This document shows, piece by piece, positions 28,873-38,600 of a stretch of DNA of 64,000 bases. How positions within the stretch are numbered: position 1 is the first letter of the stretch; each line of letters begins with the position of its first letter. The notes below the pieces were generated by a model. That model saw nothing but the letters and a program-made list of their open reading frames with translations. It was not told the origin of the DNA and did no database searches. The stretch is taken from assembly GCA_038046005.1 (NCBI GenBank), contig JBBSXB010000001.1, forward strand, positions 96,001 through 160,000, given 5' to 3'. A program made the position numbers and the translations under genes. This DNA comes from Nanobdellota archaeon. Its GTDB lineage: Archaea; Nanobdellota; Nanobdellia; Pacearchaeales; GW2011-AR1.

Positions 28873-29511
28873 TTGAGTATGTTTGATTGGTTCTTTAAAA
28901 AAAGAGAGAAAAAAGAGTTAAAACACATAGAAGAAGATACAAAAAAGGGTTTTGAAAGTGTCAAAAAAGATATAACAGCTGTAATAGGATGGATCAAACA
29001 CCTAGATTCTGAGAAAAATCTGCAACAAAAAGAGATTGAAGACATAAAAGAGGATTTGTCGACGGTAAAAAATGACATTGAAAGCATTAAAAATATCATA
29101 ACTATGATGAATGAATTAAAACCTCAAGGAGTGTTTAAAACAAACAGACAGGTGTTTAAAGAACAAACACCTGTTTATGCTGTTCAAACAGTTGACCAAA
29201 CAGGCGTTCAAACACCAAATTTAAACCAATTTTCAGTAACTGAAAGAGCAATTCTATGGATTCTCTTAAACTCAGAAATGAAACTGGGATATGAAGATCT
29301 AGCTGCAATGTTGGGAAAAGAAAAGTCCACCATAAGGGGGCAGATAAATAGTATAAAACAAAAAAGTGAAAATTTGATAAGTGAAATTACTGAAAAAAAT
29401 GGAAAAAAGAGAGTATATATAAGTGAAGAAATGAGGGAAAAAATGCTGAAAAAGTCAAAAGTGAGAGTTGGAAATAAGAAAAAAACTGAGAAAAAAGAAG
29501 AAAAAGTCTGA
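28873..29511 (+). CDS. Coiled-coil plus C-terminal winged-helix protein (start may be 28879)
   Basis: Heptad-rich N-half, repeat-encoded linker, and FSVTERAILWILL..YEDLAAMLGKEKSTIRGQINSIK..KNGKKRVY HTH/wing. Confidence 0.75.
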   Translation: MSMFDWFFKKREKKELKHIEEDTKKGFESVKKDITAVIGWIKHLDSEKNLQQKEIEDIKEDLSTVKNDIESIKNIITMMNELKPQGVFKTNRQVFKEQTPVYAVQTVDQTGVQTPNLNQFSVTERAILWILLNSEMKLGYEDLAAMLGKEKSTIRGQINSIKQKSENLISEITEKNGKKRVYISEEMREKMLKKSKVRVGNKKKTEKKEEKV

Positions 29512-29708
29512 AAAGTAAGGAAAAATCAATAAAAAACGATTAAAAAAACAAAAAGTGAGAGTTAAATTACAAGAAAAACAATAAAAAATAAATTACTAAG
29601 TGAAAAGTGAGATGAAAAAATAAAAATGAATTTAAAAAGATTACAAAAGTCTGAAAATGAGAGATACAATAAATGGTAAAAACATAGTTAAAAATAGAAA
29701 AATGAGAG
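29456..29708 (+). repeat. A-rich array of AAAA(G)TGAGA / AAAAGTCTGAAAA direct repeats
   Basis: Copies near 29456, 29502, 29550, 29602, 29645 and 29698 in a strongly purine-skewed segment running from the 3' end of 28873-29511 into the intergenic gap. Confidence 0.6.
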
Positions 29709-29853
29709 AAAAATAAACTTTGAAAAATTGGACTAACTTGAAAAATTAAAAAATAGGCTTTTTAGGGGCTAAAAAGACAAAATTTATAGGTATGAAAAAA
29801 TAAACAAGAAGAAAATGTTCTATTAGAAATTGTTTTGTTGAACGAATAACTAT

Positions 29854-30585
29854 TTACAATTCTCTAAGTTTTAATATTGTTTGAAGGGAGGCAATTTTCT
29901 TTAAGCCGGCTGAAACGTTTAAATGGACATTCTTATTGTTAAGTTTGATTTTATCGACGGGAATTCCCTTTGAGATGATCTTACTGATATAATCTCTTAT
30001 GGAGCTTTCAGTAAGGTTAAGCTTCAGGGCAATGGCCTTATAATCAGCATATCCTTGCTCTTCCTCTAGCTGGTATAATGTTGAAAATACTAAAATTTCC
30101 TTTTCTGTAAGCTTCTTGAATTTCAGCCTTATTTCTTTTTTTAAGGTATCTAAAGATTCAAGTATTTTGGAGGCATCGTGAAGGGTAGTTTTGGGAATCT
30201 CTAAAGGAAAAATCAAGCTATTTTGTGTCTGTTGGTCTGTCTGTTGGTCTGTCTGTCTGTCTGCTGGAACCCCATCATTTCCTATGGAAATAGCTTGATT
30301 TTGGGGTTTTAAAGCCTTAAAAGACTCATTATCTGCTGGGCTTTGTGTTGAGGTTGTCTTATTCTCCAAACTATGTGATGGAGTTAAAAAAGTTGAATTT
30401 TGAAGTATTTTAGAAGAAATAGAAATTAATTCCCTGTTTAAATCCTTTAACTCTCTAACCTCTTCCCCTAAATTGGAAAGTTTCCAATTCAACTCCACTA
30501 GGTTGGTTTTTAGAGAATTTAACTCGTAACTAAGAGAAGAGATGTCTTGTTTAACTTTTTGAAAGGCCTCTTTTATCTCATCCAT
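29854..30585 (-). CDS. Coiled-coil plus C-terminal winged-helix protein
   Basis: Heptad N-terminus, GNDGVPADRQTDQQTDQQT linker, and LTEKEILVFSTLY..YKAIALKLNLTESSIRDYISKIISKG HTH. Confidence 0.75.
   Translation of the reverse strand: MDEIKEAFQKVKQDISSLSYELNSLKTNLVELNWKLSNLGEEVRELKDLNRELISISSKILQNSTFLTPSHSLENKTTSTQSPADNESFKALKPQNQAISIGNDGVPADRQTDQQTDQQTQNSLIFPLEIPKTTLHDASKILESLDTLKKEIRLKFKKLTEKEILVFSTLYQLEEEQGYADYKAIALKLNLTESSIRDYISKIISKGIPVDKIKLNNKNVHLNVSAGLKKIASLQTILKLREL
30226..30267. repeat. Intragenic TGTCTG(T/C)TGG / GTCT tandem repeats
   Basis: TGTCTGTTGG at 30226 and 30238, TGTCTGCTGG at 30258, with a related TATCTGCTGG at 30330. Confidence 0.7.
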
Positions 30586-30634
30586 TTTAATTTATAATAA
30601 AAAGAGTATAAAAAGATTATAGTAATGGAGAATA

Positions 30635-30913
30635 TTAAAAATTTTGAGGTTGACTTTTTTTATAGGAGGAATAAGCTTCATCGCTTAATTTCCACCGGGA
30701 TCTTCTTAGATAGACTTTTCCGAGTGGATTTTTGTTTACCTCTACAATAAGTTTCTTGGCTTTCAGATCCTTGAGAAGTCTTTTAACAAATTCCTCATCC
30801 CGAGCTATTTCTCTTGCTACATAATACGTAAACATAGGTTGGGGTGAAACAGAATAGAGAAAAGCTAGAATCTGTTCGCATATCTTCTGCTTTTTCTCTT
30901 TTGATATGTACAT
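30635..30913 (-). CDS. Small winged-helix-like protein (likely start MYISKEKK at 30913)
   Basis: EQILAFLY..MFTYYVAREIARDEEFVKRLLKDLKAKKLIVEV HTH-like pattern. Confidence 0.65.
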   Translation of the reverse strand: MYISKEKKQKICEQILAFLYSVSPQPMFTYYVAREIARDEEFVKRLLKDLKAKKLIVEVNKNPLGKVYLRRSRWKLSDEAYSSYKKSQPQNF

Positions 30914-30971
30914 TAAAGGAAAAATAAAAGGGTTTATATAAAGGTTTTTGAAAGAAAGATTATTATGGGGG

Positions 30972-31388
30972 TTAATTCTCAATCTCGTCCTTTTTTAAAG
31001 AAGGTAATTGAATATGGAGGGGTATGCCCAGCTCTTCTTCTAATTGAAGCGCCTTGAGGGTCGATTTCCTTAAAATAGAGTTAAGGATAAAGAGATTGAA
31101 GGCTTCTGGAGCATTTTTATCCTTCCATGTACTCAACACTTCTTTGGATATTTTAGGGTCAACAGAAACAAGAGTATTTCCCTCAAAAAAGATCTTGGCG
31201 AAGTCCGGTTCATAATTAAGAGAAAAACTGAATTTCAAGTTCAAAAGAGATTCTTTAGAGTTAAATATATCTGCCTTAGCTTCACTGATATCGAGTATAT
31301 CCATTTTGGTGTTTATATTTACACCTTTAAAGTTGGTGGAATTTCGTTCCGCGTTTATCCTTGTAAAATTAAATCCTAAGAGTTTCAT
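30972..31388 (-). CDS. Conserved hypothetical protein, possible SecB-like fold
   Basis: Beta-rich 138-aa protein ending in helix plus PLHIQLP. The fold is only an inference. Confidence 0.55.
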   Translation of the reverse strand: MKLLGFNFTRINAERNSTNFKGVNINTKMDILDISEAKADIFNSKESLLNLKFSFSLNYEPDFAKIFFEGNTLVSVDPKISKEVLSTWKDKNAPEAFNLFILNSILRKSTLKALQLEEELGIPLHIQLPSLKKDEIEN

Positions 31389-31427
31389 ACTAAATGGTAA
31401 AGAAAATTATTTTTAAATATTTAGGTA

Positions 31428-31697
31428 CTAAATTAAGTCTTCCTCAGATACTATAACAAAATCGCCTATGGCGATTATAGCACTATAAGGGACTAATAAG
31501 TCATTTGAAGAAGTTTTTTCAAGATTTAAGTTCCTCGTGTAAGGTGTTGCATCTTTAACAACTAAACTGATAAGCTCACCAGATCTAGTCTCAAAGGTAA
31601 CATCTTTGACAAAACCAAGTCTTTTACCCTCTTTCGTGACAATCATCTTGCCTAAAAGCGCACTAAATGGATTTTTATTGTCTTGCATGTTAAGCAT
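31428..31697 (-). CDS. PRC-barrel domain protein (CdpB-like)
   Basis: LLGKMIVTKEGKRLGFVKDVTFETRSGEL..VPYSAIIAIGDFVIV. Confidence 0.85.
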   Translation of the reverse strand: MLNMQDNKNPFSALLGKMIVTKEGKRLGFVKDVTFETRSGELISLVVKDATPYTRNLNLEKTSSNDLLVPYSAIIAIGDFVIVSEEDLI

Positions 31698-31788
31698 AGA
31701 AGAGATTTGTTTATAAATTTTTCTGTACCAACAAATAGATTTGAAAGAATATAGATAACTGGATTAATGGAAGATAATAACGAGCAGA

Positions 31789-32297
31789 CACACTCCTTGA
31801 TTTCGTTTGGAAAAGATTTATAAAGGATTTTTTAATTTTTTTTGTTTTTGTTTTATTTATAAATTTTTCTATAATAATATAATATAATATAATATAATTA
31901 ACTTATCTTGAATTATTATTATTATTATTATTATTATTAATTTGTATTAAGCCGCTAATTTTATTGTGGGATTTAAAAGAACAAAATGCTAATCTGGAGT
32001 TCACAAGGACTTTAATGGTTCTTATTCATGATAGTTATTATTAAATTTTCTAACAAAAGATATTCCAATCTCCCATATAACATTAAAGTTGAAGTTTTAA
32101 AAATTAAAATTATCATAAAAGCCATGATAACTTATATTTACCAATAATCATCTTATCTTTAAAGAAGCGTTTTCCATTAGAAATTAAGGCGTCTTTCTTT
32201 CTTAGTAGTCATAATCCTTTATAAAAAGAATACTTCTTTTTCCGTTGAGGAAATTTTTGAATAAACAATCTCCAGTGGAAATTAGCGTGTGGGTGTG
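31789..32297. other. Chromosomal replication origin (oriC): ORB elements flanking an AT-rich DUE
   Basis: Inverted ORB at 31789-31813 (rc TTTCCAAACGAAATCAAGGAGTGTG); ORBs at 32171-93 (TTTCCATTAGAAATTAAGGCGTC) and 32269-97 (TCTCCAGTGGAAATTAGCGTGTGGG); near-pure AT tract at about 31830-31950; directly upstream of cdc6. Confidence 0.85.
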
Positions 32298-32308
32298 AAA
32301 AGAATAAA

Positions 32309-33520
32309 ATGACTAACGAACTAGACCAAATTTTTGAATCGTTTACGAAAAATAATATTTTCAAAGATAAATCTCTATTACAGGCCTCATATAAACCGGA
32401 CAAAATTCTTCATAGAGATCAACAAGTCAACCAGATTGCGTCTATTTTAGCCCCCGTTCTCCGAGGAGAGAAAACCAGTAATTTATTTCTTTATGGAAAA
32501 ACTGGGACTGGGAAAACCCTTTCTGTTTATTATGTTAGGGAAGAATTGATGAAGAGAATTAATAAAAGCGAGGATTTTAAATTGAGAATAGAATATCTCA
32601 ATTGTAAATTAAAGAAAGTTTCAGACACCGAATATAGAATTTTGGCAGAACTTGTAAAGAAATTTGGTGGAGAAGTGCCTGCAACGGGGCTTCCTACAGA
32701 GTCTGTTTATAATAAATTTATAGAACTCATAGACAAAGAGAAACAAATTATAGTCTTGATTTTAGATGAGATTGATCAAACTGTCAAAAAGATTTCTAGC
32801 GATTTTTTGTACAACCTAACAAGGTTAAACTCAGAACTTTCAAAAACGCAACTTTGCATTGTTGGAATAAGCAACAATTTGACTTTTTTGGAGGAACTTG
32901 ACCCAAGAGTCAGGAGTTCCTTATCTGAAGAAGAAATTGTTTTTCCACCTTATAATGCTTTACAACTTAAAGATATCTTAAACCGGAGATCAGAGCACGC
33001 ATTCAAGGAAGGAGTTTTACAACCTGGAGTCATTGACAAATGCTCGGCTTTTGCAGCAAGGGAGCATGGTGATGCAAGAAGGGCCTTGGACCTTTTGCGA
33101 ATTGCTGGTGAGCTGGCCGAAAGGGAAGGGAGTAAAAAAATTTTGTTAAAACATATTGATGAGGCAAATGACAAAATTGAGAAAGACAAAATACTAGATG
33201 TTATAAAAACAGAGCCAAAACAATTCCAACTTGTTCTTTACTCTATAATGAAACTTTCAGACAAAAAAAACGGAGAGCCCCTGTTTACTGGAGATGTCTA
33301 TAATTTGTATCAGGAAATTTGTTTAAAAAATAAACTAGAAGTTTTAACCCAAAGAAGGATGAGTGACATAATCCAGGAATTTGACATGTTGGGGATTATT
33401 AATGTTAAGGTTATTTCAAAGGGGAGAGGGGGGAGGATGAGAGAAATTAAACTGGCTATCTCGAAGGATGTTCTCTTCAAAGCAAGAGAAATTGTTGAAG
33501 ATTCTTTAGATTATAAATAA
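32309..33520 (+). CDS. cdc6: Orc1/Cdc6 replication initiator
   Basis: YGKTGTGKT, ILDEID, DPRVRSSL, GDARRALDLLR and a wHTH C-terminus. Confidence 0.97.
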   Translation: MTNELDQIFESFTKNNIFKDKSLLQASYKPDKILHRDQQVNQIASILAPVLRGEKTSNLFLYGKTGTGKTLSVYYVREELMKRINKSEDFKLRIEYLNCKLKKVSDTEYRILAELVKKFGGEVPATGLPTESVYNKFIELIDKEKQIIVLILDEIDQTVKKISSDFLYNLTRLNSELSKTQLCIVGISNNLTFLEELDPRVRSSLSEEEIVFPPYNALQLKDILNRRSEHAFKEGVLQPGVIDKCSAFAAREHGDARRALDLLRIAGELAEREGSKKILLKHIDEANDKIEKDKILDVIKTEPKQFQLVLYSIMKLSDKKNGEPLFTGDVYNLYQEICLKNKLEVLTQRRMSDIIQEFDMLGIINVKVISKGRGGRMREIKLAISKDVLFKAREIVEDSLDYK

Positions 33521-33525
33521 CTAAA

Positions 33526-35076
33526 ATGGACGCAAAAGAAATACTAAAATTTTGTTTAGAAAGAGGACTTTTAGTCGATCAAGAAGTTTTAACTTTGCTT
33601 AGTGGCGAGTCTGATTTAGAGTCTGTTAAACTTATGATTGAAAAAATAAAGACCCATACACAAAAAAAGATTATAACTAAAGAACTTTTTATTCAAAATA
33701 AAGATAAAGTCGGCAAATTTTTTTTAACTCTGCCGGAAGAGAACCAACAACAACTTGAGAAGCTGAAAATAAAACTTGGATTAAGCATAGAAATATCTAA
33801 GGAAATTTCTATTTCTGGCGAGAAAACAATCCCAGATGACATCGGACATAAAGGAGATGTTAAAATTTTGTCGCTTAGCGGGCCTATTGGAAAAAGGTTT
33901 GATTCTGGAGATTTTGTTAACTATTTCAAAGGGAGATTTTCTGAGATGAGGGGATTTTTACAGAGCAATCCTATTCTTGAAAATTTAGTTTCAATAGACA
34001 AGATATCTGGAGTTCGTCATGGAATTTCTATAATCGGGATGGTTTATGAAAAAAGAGTCACTAAAAATCAGAATATTATTTTAGATATTGAAGATTCTAC
34101 TGGAACAATAAAAGTTTTAATCAATAAAGACAAAGCGGAACTTTTGAAAAAAGCTGAGGAAATTGCATTGGATTCTGTAATTGGTTTTAAATGTTCTGGG
34201 GGCAGGGAGATGCTTTTTGTCAATGATATAATTTTTCCGGAGGCAATGTTATTAGAAAAAAGAAAATCTCCTGTCGAAGAATATGCTTTGTTTGTAAGCG
34301 ATGTTCACTATGGCAGCAAGAATTTTATGAAAGAAAATTTTTTGAGATTTATTGATTATCTAAATAGTGATGACCTTGAAGTTTCAAAAATAAAATATGT
34401 TTTTATAATCGGTGATTTGGTTGCGGGTGTTGGGGTTTATCCTAATCAAGAAAAAGATCTAGTAGTTGTTGATTTAGAAGATCAGTACACTGGAATTGCC
34501 GAACTTCTTGGAAAGATAAGGAAAGACATAATATTGATAATTTCAACAGGAGATCATGAGGGAGTAAGAATTATGGAGCCACAACCTCTTTACGATGAGA
34601 AACATGCTTGGGCCTTGCACCAAATGGATAATGTCATTCTTACTGAAAATCCTGCTTTGGTGAGTGTTGGGACAAAAAAGGATTTTTCTGGAATTAAAGT
34701 TTTATCTTATCACGGTCATTCTTACCCATTTTATGCCAATAGTGTCCCAAGGCTCATGAAGATGAAAGCAATGAATTATCCTGAAAAAATTATGGAATAC
34801 TTGCTTAAACATAGACATCTTGCACCAACTCATGGGTCAACACAGTACTTTCCGACAAAAGATGTGCATATAATCAGAGAAATTCCAGACATTTTTGTTT
34901 CTGGACATACCCACAAAAGCGGAGTTACTTATTTTAATAACGTACTCGTTATTTCGTGTTCGTGCTGGGAAACTCTTACTTCTTACCAGGAAAAAGTAGG
35001 CAATATGCCTGACCATTGCAAAGTTCCTTTAGTAAATTTGAAGACGAGAGCAGTTAAAATTTTGGACTTTGAGTGA
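33526..35076 (+). CDS. polB: DNA polymerase D small subunit DP1
   Basis: OB fold plus metallophosphoesterase domain (SDVHYG, GDLV, RHLAPTHG, SGHTH). Confidence 0.93.
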   Translation: MDAKEILKFCLERGLLVDQEVLTLLSGESDLESVKLMIEKIKTHTQKKIITKELFIQNKDKVGKFFLTLPEENQQQLEKLKIKLGLSIEISKEISISGEKTIPDDIGHKGDVKILSLSGPIGKRFDSGDFVNYFKGRFSEMRGFLQSNPILENLVSIDKISGVRHGISIIGMVYEKRVTKNQNIILDIEDSTGTIKVLINKDKAELLKKAEEIALDSVIGFKCSGGREMLFVNDIIFPEAMLLEKRKSPVEEYALFVSDVHYGSKNFMKENFLRFIDYLNSDDLEVSKIKYVFIIGDLVAGVGVYPNQEKDLVVVDLEDQYTGIAELLGKIRKDIILIISTGDHEGVRIMEPQPLYDEKHAWALHQMDNVILTENPALVSVGTKKDFSGIKVLSYHGHSYPFYANSVPRLMKMKAMNYPEKIMEYLLKHRHLAPTHGSTQYFPTKDVHIIREIPDIFVSGHTHKSGVTYFNNVLVISCSCWETLTSYQEKVGNMPDHCKVPLVNLKTRAVKILDFE

Positions 35077-35077
35077 A

Positions 35078-35659
35078 ATGGAAGAAAAAAGAAAAATAGG
35101 TATTGATATTGATGAATGTGTGGTGGAATTTGTAAGAGGTTATTTAGAAATTTATAAAAAAAGTTCTGGAAGAGAATTCTCTTTTGATCAAATCACTTCT
35201 TATAATTTTTGGGAGTGTTTGCCTATCTCTAAAGTTGAGGCCATCTCTTTAGCAAACATATTTTATGAAAGTGATAGATTTAGAAATCTTCCTTTAATTG
35301 ATGGCGCAAAAGACGCATTACGTTGCCTTTCTACAAATTATAATCTTTTTCTCATAACTTCTAGACCAATTAAAGTAAAAGATAAGACTCAGGATTTTTT
35401 TAAACGAAACTTTCCAGTAATGGATTTAAAAATCCTTTTTTCAGGAGATTTTTTTAAAGGAGGGCTGAAAAAATCTGAAATTTGTAAACAAAGGGGAATT
35501 GAGATAATGGTTGAAGATAATGGAGTTTACGCGGAAAATTGTGCTAATGCTGGGGTTAGTGTTCTCTTATTAGACAAACCTTGGAATAGGGGATATAATC
35601 ATAACCAAAACATACACCGAGTTAAAAATTGGGGAGAAATTTTACAACATTTAAAATGA
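35078..35659 (+). CDS. HAD-family 5'(3')-deoxyribonucleotidase-like protein
   Basis: IGIDIDEC, ITSRP, VEDN and KPWN motifs. Confidence 0.85.
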   Translation: MEEKRKIGIDIDECVVEFVRGYLEIYKKSSGREFSFDQITSYNFWECLPISKVEAISLANIFYESDRFRNLPLIDGAKDALRCLSTNYNLFLITSRPIKVKDKTQDFFKRNFPVMDLKILFSGDFFKGGLKKSEICKQRGIEIMVEDNGVYAENCANAGVSVLLLDKPWNRGYNHNQNIHRVKNWGEILQHLK

Positions 35660-38600
35660 ACACGCAACAATATTTCAAACATATTGAGAAAGAAGTCAAG
35701 AAAGTTTATGAGGTGGCTGAGATGGCAAGGGCTAAAGGGCTGGATCCAGTCGACAAAGTTGAGATTCCATTAGCTATGTCAATGGCTGAAAAAGTTGTTG
35801 GCCTTATTTCTACAATATACCCTCAGATGGAAGGAAGCGGTATTGCCAAAAGAATCTTGGATCTTGAAAAAGAATACGGTAAATTGGATCCTGCTGTCTG
35901 TTTACAAATTGCGGAAGAAGTTGCAAAACAAAAGTTTTGCAAATTTTCAAGCATACTAGAATCTATAGACGCTGGCGCGAGAATTGGCTTTGCTTACATA
36001 ACTTTAGGTGTGGTGTCTTCCCCAATTGAAGGGCTAACTGAAATCAAGATTGTAAAAACAAGATGGGGAAAAGATTATTTATCTGCTTTCTTTTCAGGCC
36101 CAGTAAGAAGTGCCGGTGGAACAGGAGAAGCCTTCTCTGTAGTTATTATAGACCATCTAAGAGAAATTTTTGGTTTTGAAAAGTATGATCCTACTGAGGA
36201 TGAAATTAAAAGAACAGTCGCTGAACTTAATGACTATCATGAAAGAATTACTAATTTGCAGTATATGCCAACAGAAGAAGAAATAATATTTTTGGCAAAA
36301 AACATTCCGATTCAAGTTAATGGTGAACCTTCTGAAAAACTTGAAGTTTCTAATTACAAAAATCTAGACAGAATAAATACAAATTTTTTGAGGAGCGGAT
36401 TTTGCCTTGTTCTTGGAGAAGGTATTGCTCAAAAAGCTGCAAAAATTAAAAGATATATTACTGCTTTGCGTATCAAAGGTTTTAAATTGACTGGATGGGA
36501 TTTTTTGGAGGAATATTTAAAGATTCATGATAAAAGAGAAAAAGGGAAATCAGATGATTCTCCGACTTATATAAAAGATTTAGTCGCAGGCAGGCCAGTA
36601 TTTGGACATCCTAGCAGAAGCGGAGGATTTAGATTCAGATATGGGCGTTGTAGGACTAATGGATTTAGCGCGACTTCTATTCATCCAGCAACAATGGGAA
36701 TAACTGAAGGATTTATTGCTATAGGTACTCAGTTAAAAATTGAAAAACCTACAAAGGGTTGTGCTGTAACTAGTTGTGATGGGATTGATGGCCCAATAGT
36801 TAAGTTGTTTAGCGGTAGTGTAACAAAAGTTAATACTAAAGATGATGCAAAAAAACTTTATCCTGATGTTGAAGAAATAATTTATTTAGGTGACATGCTT
36901 TTTCCTTTTGGAGATTTGGCCAATAGAAATGCTGATCTAATTACTCCCGGATATGTTGAAGAATGGTGGAAGTTGGACCTTAGAAAAGTTAATGCAGATT
37001 TCGAAAAAACCATTGATCCTTTTAATATTAATTTTGAAGAAGCTGTAGAAATTAGTAAAACGTTTGGAGTTCCATTACATCCTAAATATATTTTTTACTG
37101 GACTCAAATTTCTAAAAATGAATTTAGAGATTTGATGGATTGGATTAAATATGCTAGATTAGAGGATAAAATAATTCTTCCGTTTACAAAGAAAGATCAA
37201 GAGAGATTTGGGCTGGGCAAAAGAGCTTTAGAACTTTTAGGTGTTGAACATGATGTTACAATTGAAAACGTTGTCATAAACAAAGAGAATAGCAAGGCAT
37301 TACTTTTTAATATCGGAGTTGATCCGAGAATTTTAGTCAAACAAAATTTATTGGGGGAAGAGTCGAATTTTGGAAACTATGATTTTGAAAAAGACCCTTT
37401 AGAACTAATTAACTCTGTTTCAAAAGCTAAAATAAAAGATAAGGCTGGAGAGTTTATTGGTACAAGAATGGGTAGGCCAGAAAAAGCCAAGCTTAGAAAA
37501 TTAATAGGAAGTCCCAATGTTTTATTTCCGGTTGGAAGTGAAGGCGGAAGGTTGAGAAGCGTTCGTGAAGCCTGCAATGTTGGAAAAATTAGGAGTTCTT
37601 TTCCGTTGTTTTATTGTCAGTCTTGCAAAAAGGAAGGAATTTATAATTCTTGCGAAGTTTGTGGCAGTAACTGCGTTAAACAGTTCTTTTTTTATGAAAC
37701 AAAAGAGAAAAATTTTTCTAGCCATATTAATGGGATTGAAAAAAAGGGCGTACCATATTCTATGCAAGATTTAGATATTAATTATTATTTTAACACCGCA
37801 GTTCAAAAAATTGGGCTCTCTAAAAATGAGATTCCTGTTTTGATTAAAGGTGTGAGAGGCTTAAGCTCTAGTGATAAGAGTGTTGAGAATTTGGCTAAAG
37901 GGCTACTTCGCGCCAAGTATAATTTACAAGTAAACAAAGATGGTACAATTAGATATGATGTTACCGAATTGCCATTGGTTGCATTTAAGCCCAAGGAGAT
38001 TTCTGTTAGTGTAGAAAAACTTAGGGAGTTAGGTTATGCTGAGGACATTCATGGCAAACTTTTAGAGGGAGATGATCAAATTCTGGAATTAAAACCACAT
38101 GATATCTTATTACCAAGTTGTCAGGATTCTTTGGACGAAAAAGCTGATGATGTCTTTATGAGAATTTGTGATTTTATAGATGAGGAATTGGGAAGATTTT
38201 ACAATCTGAAAAGTTTTCATAATATAAACAAAAAAGAAGACTTAGTTGGGCAGATTGGAGTTTGCATGGCCCCACATAATTGTGCAGGTGTCGTCTGTAG
38301 ATTTATTGGATTTTCTAATACTCTTGGGTTGATGGCAAGTCCATTTATGCATGCTGCGATAAGAAGAGATTGTGACGGAGATGAAGCTGCAATAATGCTG
38401 CTTTCTGATGTTCTTTTAAATTTCTCTAGAAAATTTTTACCAAATCATAGAGGTGGAACTCAAGATGCTCCTTTAGTTTTGAATGCTAAAATGGATGCTG
38501 GTGAAGTTGATGAACAGATATTGGATTTAGAGATGGTGAAAGAATATCCTCTTGAGCTTTATGAGGCTGCAGAAAGAAAAGAACATTCTTCTAAAATTAA

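Noticed and set aside
26087-31700. Provirus or integrated plasmid
   Set aside because: No capsid, terminase, packaging ATPase or relaxase genes; no att duplication of rps9 or a tRNA seen; the block runs directly into oriC-cdc6.
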